Assembly (NCBI GenBank): GCA_029858565.1
Contig: JAOUEV010000042.1
Location: 1 to 32,556, forward strand
Reading direction: 5' to 3'
DNA from: Nitrospirota bacterium
GTDB lineage: Bacteria > Nitrospirota > UBA9217
Length of the DNA stretch: 32,556 nt
The notes below the pieces were generated by a model, which was not told where the DNA came from, ran no database searches, and worked only from the letters and a program-made list of their open reading frames with translations. Below are positions 8,416-16,796 of the stretch, in pieces. Every line of letters begins with the position of its first letter. Within the stretch, counting starts at the first letter, position 1. The position numbers and the translations under genes were made by a program.

Positions 8416-8931
8416 ATGCTACTTATCCTCATGGGCCGGTATTTCTTCATGACATCCATCCTGATCGTCACCGGACTCTGCGCAGGTACCTATGGCCGCA
8501 ACGCCATATATGCAGACGATGTGACCCTGTACCAGGATACGATCATACGATCACCCAACAAGGCCAGGCCGTTCAACAATCTCGGCGACGCACTGAAAAA
8601 AGCAGGCAGGACCGGAGAGGCTGCGCCCTACCTTGAACGCGCGCTGGCGATCCAGCCGGAGTATCCCGATGCCCTGAACAACCTGGCCACGGTCTACAGC
8701 AGCATGGGCCGACGCGATGCTGCGCTCGACCTCCTGCTGACAGCGCTCAGGCTGAATCCTGACCATCTCGAGGCACGGCACAATCTCGCACTCGCCTACT
8801 ACGAGTCCGGCCTGATCGTTGAGGCAGAGGAGCAATACCGGCTGCTCATGCAGTTCGCCCCCGGGAGCCATGAAGCCGCCTTTGCCCGGGATATGCTGAA
8901 GATGATCGAGAACCGAAGGTCCAGCCCCTGA
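8416..8931 (+). CDS. Membrane-anchored tetratricopeptide-repeat protein
   Basis: N-terminal hydrophobic helix, then RNAIYADDVTLYQD...SPNKARPFNNLG and ~3 TPRs (ALAIQPEY, ALNNLA, ARHNLA). Confidence 0.85.
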   Translation: MLLILMGRYFFMTSILIVTGLCAGTYGRNAIYADDVTLYQDTIIRSPNKARPFNNLGDALKKAGRTGEAAPYLERALAIQPEYPDALNNLATVYSSMGRRDAALDLLLTALRLNPDHLEARHNLALAYYESGLIVEAEEQYRLLMQFAPGSHEAAFARDMLKMIENRRSSP

Positions 8932-9020
8932 ACCGGACAGCGCCTGAGACTATTTCAGCACTTCATCCTCGGCCCGACGCCTCCTCCATCCTCTTATTGA
9001 CAAGCTCTTGTTACCGTGAT

Positions 9021-9036
9021 AGTTATTACAACAACT
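9021..9036 (+). promoter_or_regulatory. Putative MarR operator downstream of a TTGACA (8997-9002)
   Basis: Imperfect palindrome AGTTATTACAACAACT (12/16 positions self-complementary) just upstream of marR. Confidence 0.5.
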
Positions 9037-9053
9037 TTTTACGGAGCGCTGCC

Positions 9054-9506
9054 ATGGCAAATGAGCCCTATTCACTGTTCTTCCCCCTTGAGAACTCGCC
9101 GGGATTCATCATCTACCGCACTGCCCTGCAAATGAAGTCATCGCTTCAGCGCACCTTCACGCAGCGCGGGTACGATATAACGACCGAGCAATGGAGCATC
9201 CTCCTGAGCCTCTGGGAAAAGGACGGACGGACCCAGCAGGAGATCGCTGACAAGACCTGCAAGGACAAGGCCAATATCACCCGGTTCATCGATGACCTTG
9301 AGCGGGCCGGCTATGTGTCGAGGAAACCGGACCACAAGGACCGGCGAAAGCATGCTGTTCACCTGACCTCCCGGGGCAAGGAACTCCGGAAGGAACTGAT
9401 GCCTATTGTTCGCGACCTGTGGAAATCCATCAACCGGGGCATTTCTCCCCGGGAACTGGCTACGACAACAAAAATCCTTACAAGTATCTTCAAGAACCTG
9501 TCATGA
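9054..9506 (+). CDS. MarR family transcriptional regulator
   Basis: ITTEQWSILLSLWEKDG.TQQEIA...DKANITRFIDDLE..GYV.R.PD..DRR...V.LT..G; ATG at 9054 with GGAG RBS. Confidence 0.95.
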   Translation: MANEPYSLFFPLENSPGFIIYRTALQMKSSLQRTFTQRGYDITTEQWSILLSLWEKDGRTQQEIADKTCKDKANITRFIDDLERAGYVSRKPDHKDRRKHAVHLTSRGKELRKELMPIVRDLWKSINRGISPRELATTTKILTSIFKNLS

Positions 9507-9553
9507 CAGCAGAGAAATCCACCCTGTTGATCGGATTATCGGGATTACCAACT

Positions 9554-9886
9554 ATGATAAAAGAACTACTCAACCGTGTCTTACTTGCGGTGTCCTTGTT
9601 TACAGCGCTGAACCCCTGCCCGGCCGGTGCAGTGACGCTTCAGGAAGGGCTCACGATCGTAACAGAACAGGGACGGGATGCTTCCCTGGCCCGAGCGGAC
9701 GTTCAGGCGGCCCGGGAAGCGCTATCCCTGTCCCGATCGCCCTATCTGCCGACCGTGGACATCTACGCACGTGAGACCTGGCTCAAGGACCAGCCCGAGA
9801 CCAAGACACCCGGGGGTTCTTTTCCCATGTCCCAGGACCTGCTCCAGGCTATGGGACGGGACCTGGCGGGGGCGTACGGGAAATGA
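9554..9886 (+). pseudogene. Internally deleted TolC-family outer membrane efflux protein
   Basis: Signal peptide plus TolC N-terminus (VTLQEGL...ARADVQAARE..SLSRSPYLPTVD) joined in frame to a TolC-like terminal helix (LLQAMG). About 110 aa instead of the usual >400 aa. Confidence 0.7.
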
Positions 9887-11283
9887 GCCTGGAAGCCGAC
9901 CCGCGCGGAGGATTTACTCCGCAGACGACCATCACGGATACTTCAGTCCAGCGCAAGCTTACGATCGCGCTCAGCTCCATCATCTTCTTTTCCGTCCTGA
10001 ACGGTACGATGTTCAATGTATCCATCCCGGACATCGGCCGGGAGTTCAACCTTCTCCCGTCGCAGGTGAGCTGGGTCGTGAGCGGTTACATTATTCTTTT
10101 CGCGCTCGGCACGGTCATCTATGGAAAACTTGCCGACAACCTCCCGGTCAAAAACCTGATTACCTTCGGCCTCATCCTGTTCAGCACCGGCTCGCTCATC
10201 GGTTTTCTCGCCCGCTGGTACCCCATGCTCATTGCCGGCCGTATGGTGCAGGCATCCGGCGCAGGCGCCATCCCCGCCCTTGCCATGCTGGTGACCACAC
10301 GATATTTTCCGGCGGATATCAGGGGCAGGTCACTCGGGATCATTGCCTCGACCGTCGCTTCCGGCGCCGCTGTCGGCCCCCTCATCGGCGGGTTCATTAC
10401 AGGGACGTTCCACTGGCGCTACCTGTTCCTGATCTCCCTGCTCGCGCTGTTCGCGATACCGCACCTTCGCGGGCTCCTGCCGGACGAAGAAAAACATGCG
10501 GTCCGGTTCGACAAGAGCGGCGCGGTCCTCTTGAGCTTCACCGTCGCCGCGCTGCTCCTGTCCGTTACGCTCGGGGCATTGCCCGCCTTCGGCGCTGCAT
10601 GCGTCCTGGGAACCTGGTTCATTCTGCACATCAGACGGGCTGACGCGCCCTTCGTCCCCCCGGCGCTGTTCCGCAACCGGAAATACCGGATCGCCGTCAT
10701 CGCGACATTCTTCACCGTAGGCACCGTTTTCGGCATGATGTTCCTTGTGCCGCTCATGCTCCGGGCGCTCAATAACGCCGGTGCGAGGGAAATCGGGCTG
10801 GTCATGTTTCCGGGAGCACTATCTGCGGCAATCCTTGGGGTCGCGGCGGGGAAGCTTTCGGACAAACGAGGGAGTGTGCCGGTGGTGAGAATCGGCCAGG
10901 CACTGCTGATTGCGGGATTTTTCCTGCTCTCGGTTCTGGCGGGCAATGCACCATGGATCGTTGCCCTGAACCTGATTATCTGTTACGCAGGCTTTTCATT
11001 TCTCCAATCGTCCCTGGCCCATACCGTATCCGCGACACTGCCCCGGGAACAGATGGGCATCGGCATGGGCATCTACAATCTCGTGCTCTTCATGTCCGGC
11101 GGGTTCAGCGCCGCCCTGATTGGCAAACTGCTAGATCTCACAGGCGGCCGGGCGTCGGCGAATGCCGTTTCCGACCTGCCTGCGGCAAGCTCGTACAGCG
11201 TTATTTTTCTTCTTCTTGCCCTTGTGGTCCTGGCTGCGTCAGCATTGTTTCATACAGCGTTTCGCGCCAAAGACCGAAAGTAG
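9883..11283 (+). CDS. MFS DHA2 (14-TM) efflux transporter, TetK/TetL-like
   Basis: FFSVLNGTMFNVSIPDI (motif D1), YGKLAD (motif A), GRMVQASG (motif B), GAAVGPLIGG (antiporter motif C). Confidence 0.9.
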   Translation: MSLEADPRGGFTPQTTITDTSVQRKLTIALSSIIFFSVLNGTMFNVSIPDIGREFNLLPSQVSWVVSGYIILFALGTVIYGKLADNLPVKNLITFGLILFSTGSLIGFLARWYPMLIAGRMVQASGAGAIPALAMLVTTRYFPADIRGRSLGIIASTVASGAAVGPLIGGFITGTFHWRYLFLISLLALFAIPHLRGLLPDEEKHAVRFDKSGAVLLSFTVAALLLSVTLGALPAFGAACVLGTWFILHIRRADAPFVPPALFRNRKYRIAVIATFFTVGTVFGMMFLVPLMLRALNNAGAREIGLVMFPGALSAAILGVAAGKLSDKRGSVPVVRIGQALLIAGFFLLSVLAGNAPWIVALNLIICYAGFSFLQSSLAHTVSATLPREQMGIGMGIYNLVLFMSGGFSAALIGKLLDLTGGRASANAVSDLPAASSYSVIFLLLALVVLAASALFHTAFRAKDRK

Positions 11284-11299
11284 AGAAAATCGCGACTAT

Positions 11300-11638
11300 C
11301 TATATCAGCTTTATGCACGTTGAAATCACTACTGAAACTAGCATAAGACCCGAGATTAGATAAAGCTGTTTTATCGCTTTATCAGTTGAAACCTCCTCCT
11401 TGAATAAGGCTCCGAGAAGAACAACTTTCGCATACAACGTCACGGCCAAGGTAAGAGCTGTGAATATCACGGCCGTTGGAAACAACCATTTCAAATTCGC
11501 TGATACATTTACTTTTTCTATTGCAGTCAGCAAGAAACCCAAAACTGCTATTTGCGCGGTAATCATAAACTTGAAATAATCAGCCAGCTTGTCGAATTTA
11601 AACGTATTTGAGTATTTTTCCTGATTCATTTCCTTCAT
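11300..11638 (-). CDS. Small hypothetical membrane protein (3 TM), last gene of the AT-rich operon
   Basis: 112 aa with three hydrophobic segments; AGGAGG RBS overlapping the livF stop. Confidence 0.7.
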   Translation of the reverse strand: MKEMNQEKYSNTFKFDKLADYFKFMITAQIAVLGFLLTAIEKVNVSANLKWLFPTAVIFTALTLAVTLYAKVVLLGALFKEEVSTDKAIKQLYLISGLMLVSVVISTCIKLI

Positions 11639-11650
11639 TATGTTTTCCTC

Positions 11651-12355
11651 CTATCCTCCAAGAAATGCTGATTTAACTTTTTCGTTCTCAATTAACATAT
11701 CCCCTTTATCTTCCATAAATATACCGCCTATTTTAAATACATATCCTCGCTGGGCTATTTCAAGTGCCATTCGTGCGTTTTGTTCAACGAGGAGAATGCT
11801 AGTTCCAGCTTTGTTGATTTCGATCAATTTATCGAAGATTACATCCACATAAACCGGAGACAAGCCGAGCGATGGTTCATCGGCAAGGAGAAGCTTTGGC
11901 TTCTGTATCAGTGCCCTCCCGAGTGCTAGAAGCTGCTGTTCTCCGGTCGAAAGTACACCTGCCTTCTGCTTTCTTTTTTCTTTAAGCGAAGGGAACATGT
12001 CGAGGATATTCTCGATATCAGCTTTAATATCGCCATTCTTCCGATTGAACGCGCCCATCTCAAGATTCTCTATGACCGTCATGGAATGAAACAATCTCCG
12101 GCCTTCTGGCACAAGCGAGATACCCAGAGGTACGTGCTCATCAGGCCTCAAGGCGCTGATGCTGCTGCCATCGAACAACATATCGCCTGAGTGCAAAGGG
12201 ACCATACCGAACACAGCTTTGAGGGCCGTTGACTTCCCCGCGCCATTCGGTCCGATCATAGCCACGATCTCGCCTTGATTGACGTTAAAAGAAACGTCCT
12301 CAATGGCCTTAACCGAACCATAGTAGACTGCTATGTTCATGGCTTCAAGAAGCAA
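11651..12355 (-). CDS. livF: Branched-chain amino acid-type ABC transporter ATP-binding protein (LivF-like)
   Basis: GPNGAGKST, VPEGRRLF, LSTGEQQ, DEPSLGLSP, VEQN; probable TTG start at 12355 overlapping the livG stop. Confidence 0.92.
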   Translation of the reverse strand: MLLEAMNIAVYYGSVKAIEDVSFNVNQGEIVAMIGPNGAGKSTALKAVFGMVPLHSGDMLFDGSSISALRPDEHVPLGISLVPEGRRLFHSMTVIENLEMGAFNRKNGDIKADIENILDMFPSLKEKRKQKAGVLSTGEQQLLALGRALIQKPKLLLADEPSLGLSPVYVDVIFDKLIEINKAGTSILLVEQNARMALEIAQRGYVFKIGGIFMEDKGDMLIENEKVKSAFLGG

Positions 12356-13118
12356 TCTTTCTTCCCTTTCCCATATATGCTTCCAATACAACGGGATTGT
12401 TCCGAATCTCCGTGGGGGTGCCTTCGGCTATTTTGCTTCCGTGATTCAACACAACGATGTGGTCGGATATATCCATCACGACCTTCATATTGTGTTCGAT
12501 AAAGAGGATGGTTTTACCTCTTGTCTTAAGATCTGCGATAATCGACATAAGTTTCGGTATCGTATTCGGAAAGACCCCCGCTGTGGGTTCATCGAAAAGA
12601 TAAAAATCGGAGTCAGTCCCGAGCGTTCGGGCGATTTCGAGAAGCCTTCGTTGGCCATGGGACAGATTCTCCGCACGGTCGTCAAATTTCTCCTCCAGAC
12701 CGACTGTTTTAAGCAACTCCATCGCCTTTTCAGTGTTCTCTTTTTCTTGTTGGATCAAAGATGGCGATCTCAGCAATGCAGCAAGGAGGGTCTCACCGCT
12801 ATTGTACTCAAGCCCGAGCATTACGTTTTCAAGCACAGTCATTTGAGGAAACAACCTAATGGCTTGAAAAGTTCGCCCCATCCCAAGGTGAAATATCTTG
12901 TTCGGGGAGAGATGAGTGATATCTCTATCATTGAACCTTACACTACCTGTTGTTGGGCGATAAAAGCCTGTAATAACATTGAATGATACTGTTTTCCCAG
13001 ACCCGTTCGGACCGATCAGAGCTGTTACGGCTCCCTTCTTAACGTTGAAAGACAGTTCGTTAACTGCCTGAATTCCGTCAAAGCGTTTCGACAGATTATG
13101 TACTTGAAGGATGTTCAT
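12345..13118 (-). CDS. livG: ABC transporter ATP-binding protein (LivG-like)
   Basis: GPNGSGKT, GRTFQ.IRLF, LSHGQRRLLEIAR, DEPTAG, IEHNM, V.EAY.G. Confidence 0.92.
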   Translation of the reverse strand: MNILQVHNLSKRFDGIQAVNELSFNVKKGAVTALIGPNGSGKTVSFNVITGFYRPTTGSVRFNDRDITHLSPNKIFHLGMGRTFQAIRLFPQMTVLENVMLGLEYNSGETLLAALLRSPSLIQQEKENTEKAMELLKTVGLEEKFDDRAENLSHGQRRLLEIARTLGTDSDFYLFDEPTAGVFPNTIPKLMSIIADLKTRGKTILFIEHNMKVVMDISDHIVVLNHGSKIAEGTPTEIRNNPVVLEAYMGKGRKIAS

Positions 13119-13988
13119 CTACCTGAACCGGTAATCCCCGATTATCCCCTGCGGTCTCTTGAGCATCAGAAGCACTAATAGGCCGCCGTATATCATCTGC
13201 CTGAGCGGCGCGGCAACGGAGCTAGGCATTCCAAGGAACCTGAGCATTTCAGGTAATATCACAAGTGTCAACGCACCGACAAACGAGCCTTTAATGCTTC
13301 CCATTCCACCGAAAACAACCATCAACAGCACGGCTATGGACTCCATAACAGTAAAACTTGAAGGATCAATAAAAGTAATGTAATGAGCATACAGACTTCC
13401 GGCTATCCCGGCAAAAAAAGCGCCAATAACAAAGACCGTGATCTTATATCGGTTGACGTTTTTCCCTATTGAAAGGCTTGCAACTTCATCCTCCCTAATA
13501 CTTCGTAGGACCCTTCCAAAGGGAGAATCAACTACTCGATTAATGATAAAGGTTGTGAATACAATGAAGACTAACACGAAAATGAGATAAGCCCAAACAG
13601 GTTGAAGCTCGTAACTAAAAAAGGAAAACTTAGGAATCCCTGGGAGCCCCATCGGCCCCCTCGTGAGATCAATCCAGTTTTTCGATATTGAATAAACGAT
13701 GACGCCGAAGCCAAAAGTCGCAAGGGCGAGGTAATCCCCTTTGAGCCTTATAGACGGGAACGCGATAACAAAACCAAAGAAAGATGCCGCACAAGCCCCT
13801 ACAATCAAACCGATCCACGGAGATATGCCGAAGTTTAATGCCAGGATACCCGATGAATAGGCACCTATGCACGCAAAGGCGATATGACCGAGTGCAGGAA
13901 GTCCGGTATAGCCGATGATTAGATTGAGGCTAAGGGTAAGAATGATATAGATACCAGCGATTATTAGAATATGTAGCAGATATGCCAT
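13119..13988 (-). CDS. livM: ABC transporter permease (LivM-like)
   Basis: SLNLIIGYTG...GHIAF..IGAY, RLKGDYLALAT, TRGPMGL, FGRVLRSIREDE, GGMGSI.G. Confidence 0.92.
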   Translation of the reverse strand: MAYLLHILIIAGIYIILTLSLNLIIGYTGLPALGHIAFACIGAYSSGILALNFGISPWIGLIVGACAASFFGFVIAFPSIRLKGDYLALATFGFGVIVYSISKNWIDLTRGPMGLPGIPKFSFFSYELQPVWAYLIFVLVFIVFTTFIINRVVDSPFGRVLRSIREDEVASLSIGKNVNRYKITVFVIGAFFAGIAGSLYAHYITFIDPSSFTVMESIAVLLMVVFGGMGSIKGSFVGALTLVILPEMLRFLGMPSSVAAPLRQMIYGGLLVLLMLKRPQGIIGDYRFR

Positions 13989-14867
13989 CTATAGATTCTC
14001 CCTATCCGTCCTCTTGCCTAAAATTCCCTCAGGTCTAAACAGAAGAAAAGCAATGAGCACAGCAAAGGATATGGTGTCCTTCCAGCCCGCCTGAATCTTC
14101 CATATACCAAGATTTTCTACGATGCCGAGAAAAAAGCCTCCTAGAACGGCCCCAGGTATGCTCCCGAGCCCACCAATGATAGAAGCAATTATCCCTTTAA
14201 GTATCAAGTTCAGCCCCATAGTCGGTTCAATACTTGATTCAAGGGAGATCAAGCCACCAGATAGCCCCGCAAGAGCAGAACCGATACCAAAGGAATAAAT
14301 GATTATCCGTTCAGGATTAATTCCGGAAATACTTGCGCCAAGAGGGTCGTCCGCAACAGCTCTGATAGCCTTGCCAATTCTTGTCTCTACGACAACTGAA
14401 CGAATAAGGACCAACAATAGACAACTTATAACTATTATCGATATCTGCACGTTCGTAATGGTGCCCCCCATTATCAAATGCCCCTCGCTAACAGGTCCTG
14501 TTTTGAGAGAAAGAATCTGGGCGCCATAGAGAATTTGAAAAAGGTTTTGTATGAAGATAAATATGCCGAAGGAAGTAATGGCTAATATTAGATTAGAAGA
14601 GCCTATCACTCTCAAATAAGAATATGTTGTTTTATAAATAACAATACCAAGAACGGTTGTTATTAAGGAAGAAACAACTATCGATAATAAAAGGGGAATA
14701 CCGACAAAGCATGAAAGGCTATACGCAATATAAGCACCTGCAACAATCACTGAGCCATGAGCAAAATGAAAGAAGCGAATAGTTTTATAAATTATTGCAA
14801 AACTCAGAGCCACTAGGGAATAGATGCCGCCTACTACCAACCCAAATATAAGTATACTGGTAAAAAT
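13989..14867 (-). CDS. livH: ABC transporter permease (LivH-like); probable ATT start
   Basis: GGIYSLVALSF...FHFAHG, TRIGKAIRAVADD, IIGGLGSIPGA, RPEGILG. The frame is open back to ATT at 14867, 5 nt after AGGAGG. The ORF track start is TTG 14840. Confidence 0.88.
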   Translation of the reverse strand: MFTSILIFGLVVGGIYSLVALSFAIIYKTIRFFHFAHGSVIVAGAYIAYSLSCFVGIPLLLSIVVSSLITTVLGIVIYKTTYSYLRVIGSSNLILAITSFGIFIFIQNLFQILYGAQILSLKTGPVSEGHLIMGGTITNVQISIIVISCLLLVLIRSVVVETRIGKAIRAVADDPLGASISGINPERIIIYSFGIGSALAGLSGGLISLESSIEPTMGLNLILKGIIASIIGGLGSIPGAVLGGFFLGIVENLGIWKIQAGWKDTISFAVLIAFLLFRPEGILGKRTDRENL

Positions 14868-15686
14868 TTACTCCTCCTGTTTATCTTTGTTATTGATTTC
14901 AGTCAGAATGAGGTTCACTCTTCCCATTAGAGGTTTATATGATATAAGAGGTAAAAGCCATGATGTTGCATAAAGTATTAATGATAAACTTAAAACTCCG
15001 AGAATAACGTGCAAAGGGAAAGAAGCTTGATGCAAATACAATTTTCTAATATCCTCTACGCCCAAAGCGGAACTATTCAGCATAAAATAATCAAATGAAA
15101 ACCTGGAAAGTATAATGACTAGATTTGCGGTAAACGCAATCCATATATTCCTATAACATTCAAAACCGCGAATTTTACCAGTCGACCAATACTTGATTAA
15201 TATCGTTTTTTGGTATGTATTAATTAGAAAATAAGATCCCAACGAAAACAGAGCATAAACGAATAACTCTAGAAATAAACATATGCTAGATGTAAGCCAA
15301 TATTTTTCCGGACTAAAGGAAGAAAGATATATAGTGATTCCGACAAATGCCGAAAAAATAACTAATGCCATACTCTGAGTAACTATAAAATCTACGACGT
15401 ATACGAACCTAGGAATGCTATCCTCTAAGCTATTAAATTTTTCCTCGATTTTTTTAAGCTTATTTTCGCTTTTTTCCTTTTCATCATCAGTTAGACTAGC
15501 ATCCTTCTGGATCTTCTTATTATCTTCTTTAGCCTTATCAAGCTCTTCATGAGATTGCTCCAGTTCATCGACCAGCTCTTTTACATATGAATACACCAGC
15601 GCTGGCAAAAATGCTGCCAAAGCCATCGCGATAGCCAAAAATTGAAAAGCCATTTGCGACATCAGGCTATTATCCAAATTATCCAC
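14868..15686 (-). CDS. Hypothetical multi-pass membrane protein with a charged coiled-coil loop
   Basis: 272 aa: N-terminal TM, ~55-aa K/E-rich coiled coil, then ~4 TM segments; GTG start with GGGAGG RBS; AT-rich codon usage. Confidence 0.75.
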   Translation of the reverse strand: MDNLDNSLMSQMAFQFLAIAMALAAFLPALVYSYVKELVDELEQSHEELDKAKEDNKKIQKDASLTDDEKEKSENKLKKIEEKFNSLEDSIPRFVYVVDFIVTQSMALVIFSAFVGITIYLSSFSPEKYWLTSSICLFLELFVYALFSLGSYFLINTYQKTILIKYWSTGKIRGFECYRNIWIAFTANLVIILSRFSFDYFMLNSSALGVEDIRKLYLHQASFPLHVILGVLSLSLILYATSWLLPLISYKPLMGRVNLILTEINNKDKQEE

Positions 15687-15696
15687 AAAACCTCCC

Positions 15697-16626
15697 TTAT
15701 TCTGGAATCAATAAAGCGGCAATATCTTTCAATGGTTGTTTGAGACGATCAATCTTCAACTGTTTGACGCTATTAATTGCCTTTAGGCAATAATATTTTG
15801 CTTTTCGCTTGCTATATTGAATTGATCCGATTTCATTTAGAACTGATATAACATCTTTTATATCGTTTTCGGTTACATCTTTTTTGCTATAAACAATCTT
15901 TATCTTATCTACTTGTTTTGCACTCCCAAAACGCAAAGCGTGAATAATCGGCAACCTGACTTTCTTTTCCTTGATATCACCGCCAACCAGTTTTCCCATG
16001 CTTACGGTATCTGAAATGAGATCCACGACGTCATCTTTAATCTGATACGCCATCCCGATATTCAGACCGTAGTTATTAAGGAGATTATATGTCGGCTTAT
16101 TAAAACCATTGATGATTGAACCGATAATCAGAGGGAGTTGAATAAAAGATGCTGTTGTCTTTTGAATCATCCCATAGTAACCTTTTTCAGTAAAACTCCA
16201 TTTATCAACATCTTTGGTTACTCGAATATCCTCCAATTGTCCTAAGCAAACGGTCCTGTAGGTATCTTCAAAAACCAACATGCACTTAATGCGAGTCTTG
16301 CTGTCAATTTCTGGTAGTTTCTCTAATGCTTGTATTGCGGCGATACTCGCTGATGATTTTAACAATTCGGCAATCAGAACCGTTTGTTCCTCACCGAATC
16401 GAGAAAGTAACGAGGGAATACCGTTACGGATAGGAGATTTATCTAAGAAATCATCCATAATTAGCGTGGATGATTTCATCAACTCAAAACACTTTGCCAA
16501 TTCCAAATGATGCTTACTTGTTTTTCTCGGCATGAGCACGCCGTAAAGTGTAGTTATAAGATGAATTTGCTCTTTTTCAAAACTGAGCTGCTCAGCTATC
16601 AACTCATCAACGATAGGCATCATCAC
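15697..16626 (-). CDS. Divergent polyprenyl synthetase (trans-isoprenyl diphosphate synthase) family protein
   Basis: FARM DDFLD...R.G, GQLED, QKT, G...G.AYQIKDDVVD (SARM), GK..GGDIKEKK..LP.IHAL. The GGKRxRP and ELxH motifs are not conserved. Confidence 0.88.
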   Translation of the reverse strand: MMMPIVDELIAEQLSFEKEQIHLITTLYGVLMPRKTSKHHLELAKCFELMKSSTLIMDDFLDKSPIRNGIPSLLSRFGEEQTVLIAELLKSSASIAAIQALEKLPEIDSKTRIKCMLVFEDTYRTVCLGQLEDIRVTKDVDKWSFTEKGYYGMIQKTTASFIQLPLIIGSIINGFNKPTYNLLNNYGLNIGMAYQIKDDVVDLISDTVSMGKLVGGDIKEKKVRLPIIHALRFGSAKQVDKIKIVYSKKDVTENDIKDVISVLNEIGSIQYSKRKAKYYCLKAINSVKQLKIDRLKQPLKDIAALLIPE

Positions 16627-16784
16627 TTTTTTCTATTTTTAAGAAAACTTCCTGTTCCTTTCAGTAGTTTTTTAACATCCCCGACGTTAAATGCTGCTTT
16701 TGAATAACCATTCTGCGCTACTGTGGTCAGCGACGCCGGCAAACCATTCTTCTTAATTCTTTCGTCAGGTGGAAACTGTCCCAT
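16623..16784 (-). CDS. 53-aa ORF, either a separate peptide or the frameshifted N-terminus of the prenyltransferase
   Basis: Manual translation: MGQFPPDERIKKNGLPASLTTVAQNGYSKAAFNVGDVKKLLKGTGSFLKNRKK*. Strong AGAGGAGG RBS; ends AGA AAA AAG TGA, overlapping the GTG/ATG of the next ORF. Below the ORF-track length cutoff. Confidence 0.65.
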   Translation of the reverse strand: MGQFPPDERIKKNGLPASLTTVAQNGYSKAAFNVGDVKKLLKGTGSFLKNRKK

Positions 16785-16796
16785 AATATCCCTCCT

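Noticed and set aside
9678-10643. 321-aa plus-strand ORF overlapping tolC/MFS
   Set aside because: Alternative frame of GC-rich coding DNA; Arg/Pro-rich and without motifs.
16623-16784. Direct ComX pheromone orthologue
   Set aside because: No Trp residue, the gene lies upstream of the enzyme, and there is no ComP/ComA-type two-component system; kept only as an analogy.
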